DNA of 64,000 nucleotides, taken from positions 73,799 to 137,798 of the forward strand of contig JAJTYH010000002.1 of NCBI GenBank assembly GCA_021463465.1, written 5' to 3'. Origin of the DNA: a bacterium (lineage in GTDB: Bacteria; Patescibacteriota; Dojkabacteria; SC72). Positions 18,793 to 29,042 of the stretch are shown piece after piece (position 1 is the first letter of the stretch; the number at the start of each line of letters is the position of its first letter). The notes beneath the pieces are model-generated. The model was not told where the DNA came from and did not search any database. It worked only from the letters and a program-made list of their open reading frames with translations. The translations under genes and the position numbers were made by a program.

Positions 18793-19863
18793 ATGAGACA
18801 AGAAGGCCAATTCAAATTTATAGACTTATTTGCTGGTATAGGAGGTATTAGGATTGCATTTGAAAACGCAGGTGGTGTGTGTGTGTTTTCCAGCGAAATC
18901 AATGAAGCTTGTCAAAAGACTTATTATGCAAATTTCGGAGAGACACCACAAGGTGACATTACACTTATTAATCCCAAAGATATTCCGGACCATGATATAT
19001 TAACAGCCGGATTCCCTTGCCAGCCTTTCTCGATAAGCGGTAAAAGACTCGGTTTTGAAGATACTAGGGGAACATTGTTCTTTTATATCTTAAACATTGT
19101 TAAAACTAAAAAACCAAAAGTTGTTTTATTAGAGAACGTAAAGCATTTAGTACATCATGATAGAGGTAATACAATTAAGGTGATTCTTAGAAGCTTAGAG
19201 GAACTTGGTTACAATGTGTCATGGAAGGTTCTGAATGCGAAAGATTTTGGGCTTGCACAGAATAGAGAACGAATTGTTATTGTCGCCAGCAAAGCAAATA
19301 AGTTCAATTTCAATTTAATGCCGTCAAGAAACGAGAAAGTCTTTATTAAAGATATCTTGGAAAAAGATGGTGATTTTGAATATCTTAAACCGGAAGAATA
19401 TACAATTCTTGATGAGAAGTACTGGAAACGTCAGATTAGCGGACTTATCTTTTGTGGATACAGAAACAAGAAAATAAGACAAAATGGAGTAAGAGAAAAC
19501 ACAATACACCTCTCCAGAGTTCATAAGCAACCAAATAGAATTTATTACATAGACGGGACACACCCGACAATTCCATCTCAAGAGACATCTGGTAGATTCT
19601 GGATATACGATGGGAAAGTAGTTCGTAAACTAACAATAACAGAGTGTTTCAGATTGATGGGGTTCCCTGACGAGTATAAGAAAGTTTCTGCAACAGGTGA
19701 ATTATATAAACAAATAGGTAATTCAGTACCAATAAACTTGATAAATTCCGTAGCCAAAAGTATTGTGAATCAAGAGTTACTCAATGCAAATGATATAAAC
19801 ACAAAACATATTCCGGAACTGTCCAAACAATTGAATTTTACATCACTTAATTATGGAGAATAA
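18793..19863 (+). CDS. C5-cytosine DNA methyltransferase
   Basis: DLFAGIGG, GFPCQPFS, ENVK, QNRERI, KQIGNSV. Confidence 0.95.
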   Translation: MRQEGQFKFIDLFAGIGGIRIAFENAGGVCVFSSEINEACQKTYYANFGETPQGDITLINPKDIPDHDILTAGFPCQPFSISGKRLGFEDTRGTLFFYILNIVKTKKPKVVLLENVKHLVHHDRGNTIKVILRSLEELGYNVSWKVLNAKDFGLAQNRERIVIVASKANKFNFNLMPSRNEKVFIKDILEKDGDFEYLKPEEYTILDEKYWKRQISGLIFCGYRNKKIRQNGVRENTIHLSRVHKQPNRIYYIDGTHPTIPSQETSGRFWIYDGKVVRKLTITECFRLMGFPDEYKKVSATGELYKQIGNSVPINLINSVAKSIVNQELLNANDINTKHIPELSKQLNFTSLNYGE

Positions 19864-20962
19864 CGATATTAGAAACTATCTCGAGGAAATTTATGGTAAA
19901 GCTGAATCGAATTATAAAAATTCAATTCTAAAAAACTATGATTCAATTGACCCAAAGATTAGGGAGTATCTGGAGTTAATAGTTTCAAGTGTGGAAGATT
20001 TTCTAGGTGTATTAAATGTAACAGTTACAAGTTTAACCTACAAATCTTTAAACCCCAATCAAGATATTCGAAACCACCAAGCACAACTTGAAAAGGGTTA
20101 CTCTGGCAGGAGTTTTGACACACGATATATTGCACCATTTCTGAAATCGAAAGGACTAAAATCTATGAAGGAGTCGGGTTGGCTTACCCGTTCCTTGGAA
20201 CAGGCATCTCCTTATACCTTGGATTACAGGGGTAAAATCAGAGACTTAAACGTTAAAGAGGCCTTTTTAAAGACTCTGCATCATGTAGAAGAGGAAAATG
20301 GAAATTCTTTACTTATGCTTGAATATCTTTTACTTCTCCTTATCAAACAGCGTGAAGACAGCAAAGTAGAAATAGAACATATTAGCAACCCTGACCTGCA
20401 GATATCAAAAATACTAGAAATGCTTAGTATTCACTTTGAACAAGCAACTTCAAATGGGAGGGCAAGATTACCCGTACTTGCAATCCACTCTATTTATCAA
20501 CTATTAGTTAATGAATTAGAAAGGTATGATGAGAAAGAGTTACAGGAACTAAGTTCGCATACATCTGCAGATTTAAGACACGGCGATATCGGAGATGTTC
20601 AAGTAAATTATGCTGATGGGACTCCCTTTGAGGCCGTTGAAGTAAAGTACGGCATAAAAATAACAGAATCACTCATAATCGATGCATACTCGAAAATTAA
20701 GCAAACAAAAGCAAAAAGATACTATATGTTATCAACGGTAGAAAGTTCCAAAAAAGAACTAGAGGAAATTATTGCAAAGATTAAAGATGAACACGGTTGC
20801 CAAATAATAGTGAATGGGCTACTAAAAACAATAGAATATTATCTTAGACTCATAAGTAATCCAGAACTTTTTGTGAACATTTACACTGACCTTGTAACAA
20901 GTGACAAGGTAATTAAAACCGAACACAAAGTTCTTTGGAAAAAACTTCTACAAAATTTGTAA
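19853..20962 (+). CDS. Putative cognate type II restriction endonuclease
   Basis: Overlaps the MTase stop; GDVQV...AVEVK PD-(D/E)XK motif. Confidence 0.7.
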   Translation: MENNDIRNYLEEIYGKAESNYKNSILKNYDSIDPKIREYLELIVSSVEDFLGVLNVTVTSLTYKSLNPNQDIRNHQAQLEKGYSGRSFDTRYIAPFLKSKGLKSMKESGWLTRSLEQASPYTLDYRGKIRDLNVKEAFLKTLHHVEEENGNSLLMLEYLLLLLIKQREDSKVEIEHISNPDLQISKILEMLSIHFEQATSNGRARLPVLAIHSIYQLLVNELERYDEKELQELSSHTSADLRHGDIGDVQVNYADGTPFEAVEVKYGIKITESLIIDAYSKIKQTKAKRYYMLSTVESSKKELEEIIAKIKDEHGCQIIVNGLLKTIEYYLRLISNPELFVNIYTDLVTSDKVIKTEHKVLWKKLLQNL

Positions 20963-20968
20963 TTACGA

Positions 20969-21700
20969 TTATTTAGAGAGATATTTTGCTTCAATTTTCA
21001 AAACATTTGCTGTATCCAAAAGCCCAGCAGTAATATTCAAAGTGCTATCACTAATCATTTCATTATATGTTTTAATGTTTTCCAATCTCCTTGATGGCGT
21101 ATCTCCATCTAAAAAGGATTTAGCCTCTCTGGACCAGCCTCTCCAGTTACTGCAATAGCCTATGACTTCACTATTCAATTCATCAAACTTTATATAAGCG
21201 TTTTGAGGCCACTTGTCAGTGGAAAAAGCATATTTATTGAAGTCGCACTCCCTTGCATAATCCTCGATATCAAAGACTGTTGCATAAACACTTACACCAG
21301 ATTTCCCACTCACTGACGCTTGATAATTTTTGTAATAGGTATCAAAGTTCTTAGTACCGGTTGTTACATTTTTGTAATATTTCAAGTAATCATTTTGAAT
21401 TTGTTTCTGTTCTTCAACAGTTAGTTGTTCCCACTGGGGTCTATTTATCTTCTTTGCGGAGTCTGAATTCGTCCCGCTGAAACCTGAAATTAATCCTGAA
21501 ATACCTGCAACTGCAAACATAATAACAAAGACTAAAGCGATAAGTGACATACATCCACTGTTCTTTTTAGGTTTTTCGTTATTTACCGTTGAAGGGGATG
21601 AGGAGAGAATACTTTTCTTCTCTTTATCAAACTCTTCCTGAGTAATCACTTTGTCTTTGAGGAGTTTTGAAAGCTTTTCAAGCTGTTCGGCCTTTTCCAT
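20969..21700 (-). CDS. SHOCT-domain single-pass membrane protein
   Basis: LEKLSKLLKDKVITQEEFDKEKKSIL (SHOCT), then one TM helix. Confidence 0.75.
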   Translation of the reverse strand: MEKAEQLEKLSKLLKDKVITQEEFDKEKKSILSSSPSTVNNEKPKKNSGCMSLIALVFVIMFAVAGISGLISGFSGTNSDSAKKINRPQWEQLTVEEQKQIQNDYLKYYKNVTTGTKNFDTYYKNYQASVSGKSGVSVYATVFDIEDYARECDFNKYAFSTDKWPQNAYIKFDELNSEVIGYCSNWRGWSREAKSFLDGDTPSRRLENIKTYNEMISDSTLNITAGLLDTANVLKIEAKYLSK

Positions 21701-21740
21701 AACTAGATTCTAATAATTTATCTAGCTTGGTCTAAAAGGC

Positions 21741-21889
21741 AAAGGTGGCCTCCCGAACCAAGCGATAAGTCCTTTCGAACCTATCCTGCACTCTTTCGAG
21801 TACAGACCCAAAGCACGAGTGCCGGTCAGGAGACCGCTTTTACGTGCTTTGGGTTTTATATCCATGCCTATTTCTAGGTTTAGGAGTTG
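21741..21889 (-). ncRNA. Unassigned structured RNA motif, copy 2
   Basis: Same architecture as 7558-7708 with compensatory changes; TATAAT at 21901-21896. Confidence 0.8.
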
Positions 21890-21972
21890 TGGTCAATTAT
21901 ACAATTTTGAAATCGTATTGCATATATATTGGACGTATAAACATTGTACTCAAAACATGTTAATATTAGCTT

Positions 21973-22473
21973 ATGAAATCAAGAGAATATGCCAATCTAG
22001 CAAAAAAGGCTTACAACGAATTTAAGAATATTAAAGGGACAAGAGGGAAAAGGCTAGACTACTCACAAATATCCTTTCTCAAAGAAGCTATAGATGCGGT
22101 ATCCAGGTTAATCCTCTATGAAAAGACTAAAAAGCATTTTGTTCGTGCAAGTAGTACTTGGAAATTTGTCACCATAATAGCGAAGCATTCTCCTCAAAGT
22201 GCGATTCAGCGGATACATATCAATTATCTTTCAGATTCAGAAAAGTTTCTAAGAGAATCTTCAAGAGACACTAAAGTTGAAACTGGGAAATTTGAGACAA
22301 CAATTTTATATTTAGAGGACCTTTACAAGAAACTCTGCGATATTGCAGATGACTTGGACGATATTATGCAAGACATTCCAGAGGATGAAATACCAGAAGA
22401 CGATGATGATAACAATGGAAATATTACTGTTCAAGACGATGATGGAGAAGTGACAGTAGGTTTAAAGAAATAG
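21973..22473 (+). CDS. Hypothetical protein with acidic C-terminus
   Basis: 166-aa ORF; TGTTAATAT ends 6 nt before the ATG. Confidence 0.6.
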   Translation: MKSREYANLAKKAYNEFKNIKGTRGKRLDYSQISFLKEAIDAVSRLILYEKTKKHFVRASSTWKFVTIIAKHSPQSAIQRIHINYLSDSEKFLRESSRDTKVETGKFETTILYLEDLYKKLCDIADDLDDIMQDIPEDEIPEDDDDNNGNITVQDDDGEVTVGLKK

Positions 22474-22483
22474 TGCAACAATT

Positions 22484-22858
22484 ATGCAACAGTTTAAGCC
22501 AAATGAACTACAACTTAAATTGCTAGAAACGATGCTTGACACAAGTGTTTCCTCGAATATCACGGAGATATGTAGTGTCGCAGGAATTGACAGAAGCACA
22601 TATTACCGATGGATGAAAGACCCAAGCTTTGTATATTGGTTTAGTAAGGCCTGGAAAGAGTCTGTAATGCCCCTAGAACCTTTATTAGACAAAATAGCGA
22701 TAAACAATGCCTCTAAGGATTTTAGATACTACAAACTGATTCAGGAGAAGTACTTTATTAAAGCAAAAGCATCTCCTTTTCTCATAAATGTAAATAGTGC
22801 AGATAGGTTACTAGATGCAGTTGATAAGTTAGAAGCGTTATATGCGAATGAAGAATAA
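22484..22858 (+). CDS. HTH DNA-binding protein (phBC6A51/terminase-small-like)
   Basis: NITEICSVAGIDRSTYYRWMKDPSF helix-turn-helix. Confidence 0.7.
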   Translation: MQQFKPNELQLKLLETMLDTSVSSNITEICSVAGIDRSTYYRWMKDPSFVYWFSKAWKESVMPLEPLLDKIAINNASKDFRYYKLIQEKYFIKAKASPFLINVNSADRLLDAVDKLEALYANEE

Positions 22859-24558
22859 TATATCTCCACGGATGAGTGAATACATTGAATCCTACATTCG
22901 AACTCATCAAAGAGAATCAATTGATGTAACAAAAGAAGAGAAAAAGTATGTTTTATATTTAAGAAAGTCCTCGAAAGATAAAGACAAACAGGTGCAATCA
23001 ATTAAGGACCAGCGAAAAGATTGTTACCAATACGCAAAAAGAGAAAAGATAAGGATTGAAAGAATATTTGAAGAAAGCCAATCAGCAATGATTTCTGAAG
23101 GGAGGGATGCTTTTAAAGAAATGATGGAAGAGATAAAGAAAGGAACATACAACTCAATTCTAGCTTGGCACCCTGATAGGCTGGCGAGGAATATGAAGGA
23201 TGCTGGTGAGATTATAGATTTATTAGATAAAAAGATTCTCATGGATTTAAAATTCCCTTCGTACACTTTCGTAAATAACGGTAGTGGTAAGTTGGCATTA
23301 GGAGTGCAATTTGTCTTGGCAAAAAATTACTCTGACAATCTATCAGTCGTAACTAAAAGAGGTAATCATAAAAGGTTTGAAGATGGCGAGGGAATAAGAA
23401 GCAATAAATACGGATATAAATTAGTTCGAGTTGGTGACGCAAAAAAAATATAGACCAGATGGAAAGAACTTTGAACTTATTCAAAAAGGATTTCAAATGG
23501 CTTTAAACGGGCGACCTGTTGCGGAAATTGCCGACTTCATAAATCGAGAGGGGCTAACCTTAGAAGTAAACGTTAAAAAAGACAATGAAAAGAAAGGCCT
23601 AAAAAAGGGTAAACAGCACATTCATATTACATTACTTCCCCAATCTGTATCTAAATTACTTGCGAATCCCTTCTTTGCCGGAATCCATGTAGTAGGGGCT
23701 AAGGTCTACGATTATAGAGTACTTGATACAGGATTTTTGCCAATCATTTCCGAGGATGACTTTATAAAATTGAGAATTAAACTAGAGTCAAACTCTAACT
23801 TTGTGAAAAGAAGAACGGTAGACAATTCCAGGTTCCTTCCGTTAAAAGAGATGATTACTTGCAATTACTGCAAGGGTCCTATGTATGCTGGAGTAACAGG
23901 TAACGGCAAAGGCAATTATTACCTTCGATACAGATGTGAAACGGAGGACTGTCGGCGAAGAGATAAGGCTTATAAAAAGAAGTACAAACTAAGGGAAAGT
24001 GTACGTGGTGTTCTTATTATTGACTTCGTATTCGAATATTTTAAAAACCTTGATGTGCCAAGGGATTTATACGAGAACTGGGTAACTGAAATAAAGAAAA
24101 TGCGAAAGAAATTCCTTAAAGGCTATTCAACTGAGATGCGAAAAATAGAGTGGCAAATAAAAAAATTAGAAGACGAGATAAGTGTATTGACGCTTACACT
24201 AGCTGATACAACAAAGAAAGCTGTAAGTAGAAGTCTAGAAGGAAAGATTAATGAAAATGCTGATTTAATCGAAGACTTAAGAGATAGAGAACAAGATTTA
24301 AAAAAACAGAGAGATAATTATGAAGTGATTTCTGATAAGACTTTATGGTCGTACGAGAGTTTTACAAACTTCCTGAAAAACGTTGCTAATATAGTAAAAA
24401 GGAAGAGAAGTATGGAACTCCTTGATAAAGTTGTTCGATTGGCCTTTACAAACATTGTGATAGGTAATGGGAAAGTGGTTTCATATAAACTAAAACCGGC
24501 ATTCGAAGCTATCGAAAAACTGCGTCCAATAAACCATGGGGTGGAAGATGGGACTTGA
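22842..24558 (+). pseudogene. Large serine recombinase (island A), frameshifted at an A8 run (23441-23448)
   Basis: The N-part has YLRKS and DRLARN; the C-part has the recombinase domain and CNYC Zn ribbon. Removing one A joins them (DAKKYRPDG). Confidence 0.9.
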
Positions 24559-24614
24559 ACCCACAACCCCCTGTGCCACAGACAGGTGCTCTAACCGATT
24601 GAGCTACATCCACC
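24537..24614 (-). tRNA. tRNA-His(GUG) with encoded G-1 and CCA
   Basis: Cloverleaf; anticodon arm CCTGT-CT GTG GC-ACAGG; C73 discriminator. Confidence 0.95.
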
Positions 24615-24655
24615 ACGACACTAGGATTATAATAACAAAAAGTCACATATACAAC

Positions 24656-25138
24656 TTATACTGAGGCCTGTTTCTTTTCAAATTCCTTAGCATTAATAAT
24701 CAGATATCGATCTCTTGGAATTACTTTAGCAAAAAAGCATCTTCTTTCACCTTTAGAAATTCGTAAATAAACTAATTGATCGTCCACAGCGGTTTTTTCA
24801 AGATTTACTCCCAAGAATTCGACACAATATCCTGTCTTACTTAACCTTACAGCAACATAATGCCTTGGTCTTTCATTAGAATATTTGATTGGTACTTGAT
24901 TATCCTCAACTAAATTGCGAAAACTCCTCAAAGAAGATAATGTCTCATCTGTGAAATCAAACTCAGGGTGAATGTCAAAAAGCTTAATTGCTTCATTCAA
25001 AATAGTGGTGATGCGTTTATCTGGTTCAAGCTTCGGATTTAACTCAAAAGCATCAAGTAAATTTTGCGTCGGTTCAATCAAATCATCTTGATCTGATCTT
25101 CTAGTTTCAATCGGTAAATATTGAATTGTCATACACAT
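24656..25138 (-). CDS. Hypothetical protein
   Basis: 160-aa ORF, no motif recognised. Confidence 0.5.
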   Translation of the reverse strand: MCMTIQYLPIETRRSDQDDLIEPTQNLLDAFELNPKLEPDKRITTILNEAIKLFDIHPEFDFTDETLSSLRSFRNLVEDNQVPIKYSNERPRHYVAVRLSKTGYCVEFLGVNLEKTAVDDQLVYLRISKGERRCFFAKVIPRDRYLIINAKEFEKKQASV

Positions 25139-25183
25139 ATTATCTCATAGTATTTAAGATAATTAAAGATATGTTTGTCTTCA

Positions 25184-26167
25184 TTATTTCCTAACAACAT
25201 CTTCCACAAATAAATCAATTATCTCTTTAGTTGTCTTAAATTCTTTATATGATTTAAATGCTTTGGGAAAAAACTTATCAATTAGTTTTAGTTTTATTGG
25301 GCTATATCTTTTTTGCATCTCCTCATCGTTTGAAAGTCTTCTGCTTGCTTTGACTATCACCCAGTTACCACTTGACTCATCTCTTCTTAGAATGAATGGG
25401 CATTGATTAGAAATTAAAGTATAAAGTGTTGCAATAAAACTCCATCTATCATCAGAAAACGTCGCTTTATTGCCTTTTAAGATACTTTTAGAAGAGTAAT
25501 TAGGAGTAAAAAGTCCAAAACTTTTTATACTTTTTCTATCTTTAGGATTAAAGGCAAATGTAAAGTCTCCAAGCTTGTACTGCACATCGAGATCAGTATC
25601 AGTTAAGTCAATATAACCCATTATGTTAGCGGGCTTTATATCTTTATGAATAACATTTAAACCATGAAGATAATCCACTGCTTTAGCAACTTCATACATG
25701 CAGTTTGTTGCATCATTTAAATCAAGTCCAGATAATTCCATTGCTAAATCTTTTAAATCCATTCCATGCAGATACTCCATCACTATAACGGAATGGTAGG
25801 TCGTATCATTTTTGGAACTCCTTACTAACGCATAATCGTATGTTTCTACCAGATTTGGATGTCTAAACTGCACGGCCTTTTGGGCTTCTCTCCTTAAACT
25901 TTCAACTTCGTTATCGTGATCAATACGAAATATACAAACTTTAAACGCGACATCTCTTTTCAACCGATTATCTCTACCTCTATAAACATCATTCACACTG
26001 GACTGAGTGCTTTTAATCAGTGCATTAACAACATATCTACTATCATCTGATACTATAAACTCAATCGGTTCCTCATTATAGTTTTCATGTATAACCGTTG
26101 GTAAATCTTGAGTACTTCCGGATTTAATTTCTAGCGAATTAATGATTGTTCCTGGTTCTAATTTCAT
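25184..26167 (-). CDS. Ser/Thr protein kinase (Hanks type)
   Basis: VAFK, HPNLV, IVMEY, IHKDIKPANI, LGDFT. Confidence 0.88.
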   Translation of the reverse strand: MKLEPGTIINSLEIKSGSTQDLPTVIHENYNEEPIEFIVSDDSRYVVNALIKSTQSSVNDVYRGRDNRLKRDVAFKVCIFRIDHDNEVESLRREAQKAVQFRHPNLVETYDYALVRSSKNDTTYHSVIVMEYLHGMDLKDLAMELSGLDLNDATNCMYEVAKAVDYLHGLNVIHKDIKPANIMGYIDLTDTDLDVQYKLGDFTFAFNPKDRKSIKSFGLFTPNYSSKSILKGNKATFSDDRWSFIATLYTLISNQCPFILRRDESSGNWVIVKASRRLSNDEEMQKRYSPIKLKLIDKFFPKAFKSYKEFKTTKEIIDLFVEDVVRK

Positions 26168-26208
26168 TGTTACTTTTGAATATGCCTTTTTACAAGTATA
26201 ATGCTTAA

Positions 26209-26688
26209 GTGGAAATTCTTAAAATCCTAACAACTGAAAATAGTGAAGCATTGCTAAGAAGCGAATCAAGAAAACTAGAAGACAAAGAGATTGTTTCAAA
26301 AAAAATCCAAGATTTCATTGACGAACTTCTTTATACTGCTGAAAATGCAAAAATGCAGTCAGGATGGGAGAGTGCTGGACTTGCTGCGATTCAAGTGGGT
26401 AGGCAAGTACAACTATTTATTGCCAAAGATCTCATGAAAAACGAATTTAATGTTTATATTAACCCTGAAATTGAATTCTTAGGTAGTGCCAAAGATATTA
26501 AACTTGAAGGGTGCTTAAGCATCCCTGAGATATCTGGAATGGTTGAACGACATAAAAGAATCAGAATCCGATATAAAAATAGAGAAGGAATAACACAGGT
26601 GGCAAAAGTTGATGGATTCAACGCAAGAATAATTCAACACGAATACGATCATTTACATGGAGTTCTATTCACAGACAAACTAATCTAG
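26209..26688 (+). CDS. def: Peptide deformylase
   Basis: GLAAIQVG, EGCLS, QHEYDHL. Confidence 0.96.
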   Translation: MEILKILTTENSEALLRSESRKLEDKEIVSKKIQDFIDELLYTAENAKMQSGWESAGLAAIQVGRQVQLFIAKDLMKNEFNVYINPEIEFLGSAKDIKLEGCLSIPEISGMVERHKRIRIRYKNREGITQVAKVDGFNARIIQHEYDHLHGVLFTDKLI

Positions 26689-26704
26689 TTTCACTAAAAC
26701 GTCT

Positions 26705-27196
26705 TCATTGTCTTTCTCTCTTTAATCTACGACTATTTGATTGAGGGGGGATATGCGAAACATCGTAACTTAAGATTTTACTTTTCGATTTGACTTCTAG
26801 CAGGTAGACATCTCCTGTTGAAACAATAACCATAACAGACATAGTATGAGGAGCACGTTGTTTTCCTGCATACTCTGCATTTACGATTACTCGAAACATA
26901 CCGTGAGTATCGTTTCGTAAACGAAAATTAGAAGAGAATCTTAAGGGATCAAGAGGAAAAGTTTGACACAGTTCTATTGATTTCTCTCCTGCAACAGTTT
27001 TGAATAATGCTCTATTTTCATCATCGAAAACTCTTTTATTAAGCGGTATCAATTCATCAACAGCCATAATTCCATTCACCACTTCACCTACAAGTGTCTC
27101 GTCACCTAATTCTCTCCCAAAATCAAAAAGTTCGTGGATTTTACGACCTGCAGTTACTGCTGTGTCGGAAAAATAAACTTCATTTATATCTGACAT
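26705..27196 (-). CDS. Hypothetical protein
   Basis: 163-aa ORF. Confidence 0.5.
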   Translation of the reverse strand: MSDINEVYFSDTAVTAGRKIHELFDFGRELGDETLVGEVVNGIMAVDELIPLNKRVFDDENRALFKTVAGEKSIELCQTFPLDPLRFSSNFRLRNDTHGMFRVIVNAEYAGKQRAPHTMSVMVIVSTGDVYLLEVKSKSKILSYDVSHIPPQSNSRRLKRERQ

Positions 27197-27395
27197 AAGA
27201 AAACAAAATAATTTTATATACCTAGTCCAAAATCAAATCAGTGTTTAATCCTTTTCCCATATATTTTTCATCCTATTTTACTTATCGACTTCAAGTATTT
27301 CTATTTGATAAATATTAAACAGCATTATCCCATAGCGTTAAATACATGTAAACTACCTGATTGCACAAAAAAATGAATAACGGTAAACTTATTCC

Positions 27396-29042
27396 ATGCC
27401 CGTAATTCATTACTTTTCTGACAAAGAAAGGAAAAAACTCAACTCCAGAATCATTGCTTTTATTCTTTTCTTTATCGGTGCTCTAGCTACTACCTATGCG
27501 GTAGCTTCACTTCAAGTTAAACCAGTAGCTACACCGATTGCTCCGATAAAGACTAAATACTTTTGTGCGAAGAACCTTCACAATGAAAAACTCACAGCTT
27601 ATATCGAAACTTTGCTTGAGCAACAAAGTATCGATTTAGTACTTAGTTCTAACTCACAAGACTGTACAGTTACACTTCAACGTAATCCACTAGATATTAA
27701 TACTCTCTTGCAACTTACACATCAGTTGTACATACCCGTTGTAAGCGCTATTAATCCTCTTGAAACCATAAATACGAAGGATTTGATTAGCTCACTTAAC
27801 CAACAAAAATATAAAGGGTATAGCCTAATCTGGAATAGTAGTACTGATAGCTTCCTTAGATCACGATATAACTTTGGAGTAGGGCAAACGGTATATTCTG
27901 ATAGCGAAATCGAGAGAAAGCTTGGCGAGAGAGGGAATTACTTAGCTATAATCCCTTTTGAACAACTTAATCCTAAATATAAAGTGGTACAGATTGAAGC
28001 ATGGGACATATTTGAACCAGGTTTTACAATCTCTACATACCCTTTAACTGATTCCTACTGGTTAAATATTCCCCAAGAATATAAACCTAGCATTCAAGAC
28101 TCACTCACTGAATACTTGCCTAAGCCCAACTATGAACCGGCTAAACTTACAAAAATTATTTTAACTGGGTCAAGTTACATTGGAGCTGATGCATACAACA
28201 TTCAGATACTCTCAGGTAAGAATCCTAATTACATGCTTAAAAACCTCACAACTTTCATAGGTCAAGAGGATTTACTTCATATTAGTAATGAAGTAAGTAT
28301 TAACACAAACTGTATTCAACAGGTACAATCAACATTTCTTTGTTCAAAAGAGAAAGACTTTACCCCTTTTAAAATACTTGGAGTTGATGTAGTAGGGGTG
28401 ACAGGGAATCATATTATGGATTTTGGATACAATACCTATATCAACACCCTCAACTGGTATGATGACAACAAAATCAAATACTTTGGTGGTGGCAGAGATG
28501 CACATGATGCTCATACACCTAGAGTTATTACTCAAAATGGTATTAAATTCGCGTTTCTAGGGTATAACTTTATCCCTCCCTTTTCATACTATTCCACTAA
28601 CAATAAAGGAGGGAGTGCTAATGTCAGTTTGAAATTCATGGAAACGGATATTACTAAGGCTAAACAGATGGCAGATGTGGTAATTGTTGATATGCACTGG
28701 GGAGACGAACTTCAGCAAAGAATTTCAAGAGATATGAGAGAGAATGCTAGATATGCCCATCAATACGGTGCGACAATCGTAAATGGTGTGAATTCGTACA
28801 GCACATTAGGCTTTGATGTATCCACTAATACATCCACTTTCTACGGTATGGGAGGATTCTTAAATCCCCAGGCGGAAAATGGGATGATTGTTAGTCACTA
28901 TTTTTACAACAAGGAGTACATTGGAGCTAAAGTTTCACCTATCACTTATACCAAGGATAAAACTGTAGAGTTGGCAGAAGGTAAAATAAAGGATAGAATG
29001 ATTTCCACGGTGTACAAACAGAGTAAGATTAGTTATGATTAA
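27396..29042 (+). CDS. CapA/PGA_cap-family metallophosphoesterase-like membrane-anchored protein
   Basis: N-terminal TM helix; GNHIMDFG, DVVIVDMHWGDE, FYGMG. Confidence 0.8.
   Translation: MPVIHYFSDKERKKLNSRIIAFILFFIGALATTYAVASLQVKPVATPIAPIKTKYFCAKNLHNEKLTAYIETLLEQQSIDLVLSSNSQDCTVTLQRNPLDINTLLQLTHQLYIPVVSAINPLETINTKDLISSLNQQKYKGYSLIWNSSTDSFLRSRYNFGVGQTVYSDSEIERKLGERGNYLAIIPFEQLNPKYKVVQIEAWDIFEPGFTISTYPLTDSYWLNIPQEYKPSIQDSLTEYLPKPNYEPAKLTKIILTGSSYIGADAYNIQILSGKNPNYMLKNLTTFIGQEDLLHISNEVSINTNCIQQVQSTFLCSKEKDFTPFKILGVDVVGVTGNHIMDFGYNTYINTLNWYDDNKIKYFGGGRDAHDAHTPRVITQNGIKFAFLGYNFIPPFSYYSTNNKGGSANVSLKFMETDITKAKQMADVVIVDMHWGDELQQRISRDMRENARYAHQYGATIVNGVNSYSTLGFDVSTNTSTFYGMGGFLNPQAENGMIVSHYFYNKEYIGAKVSPITYTKDKTVELAEGKIKDRMISTVYKQSKISYD

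Larger units (their letters stand above)
15441..24550. mobile_element. Integrative defence island A (about 9.1 kb) in tRNA-His
   Basis: Bounded by 14-bp direct repeats of the tRNA 3' end; carries CBASS, HEPN genes, an R-M system and a serine recombinase. Confidence 0.9.

Noticed and set aside
21819-22025. 68-aa ORF
   Set aside because: Antisense to RNA copy 2 and overlapping the gene at 21973.
23441-23448. Programmed -1 ribosomal frameshift
   Set aside because: The downstream ORF is in the +1 frame, so a -1 shift would not join the two parts.
24537-24614. U6-U67 mismatch as evidence that tRNA-His was damaged by integration
   Set aside because: A single mismatch present in both att copies; G-1, C73, CCA and all arms are intact.
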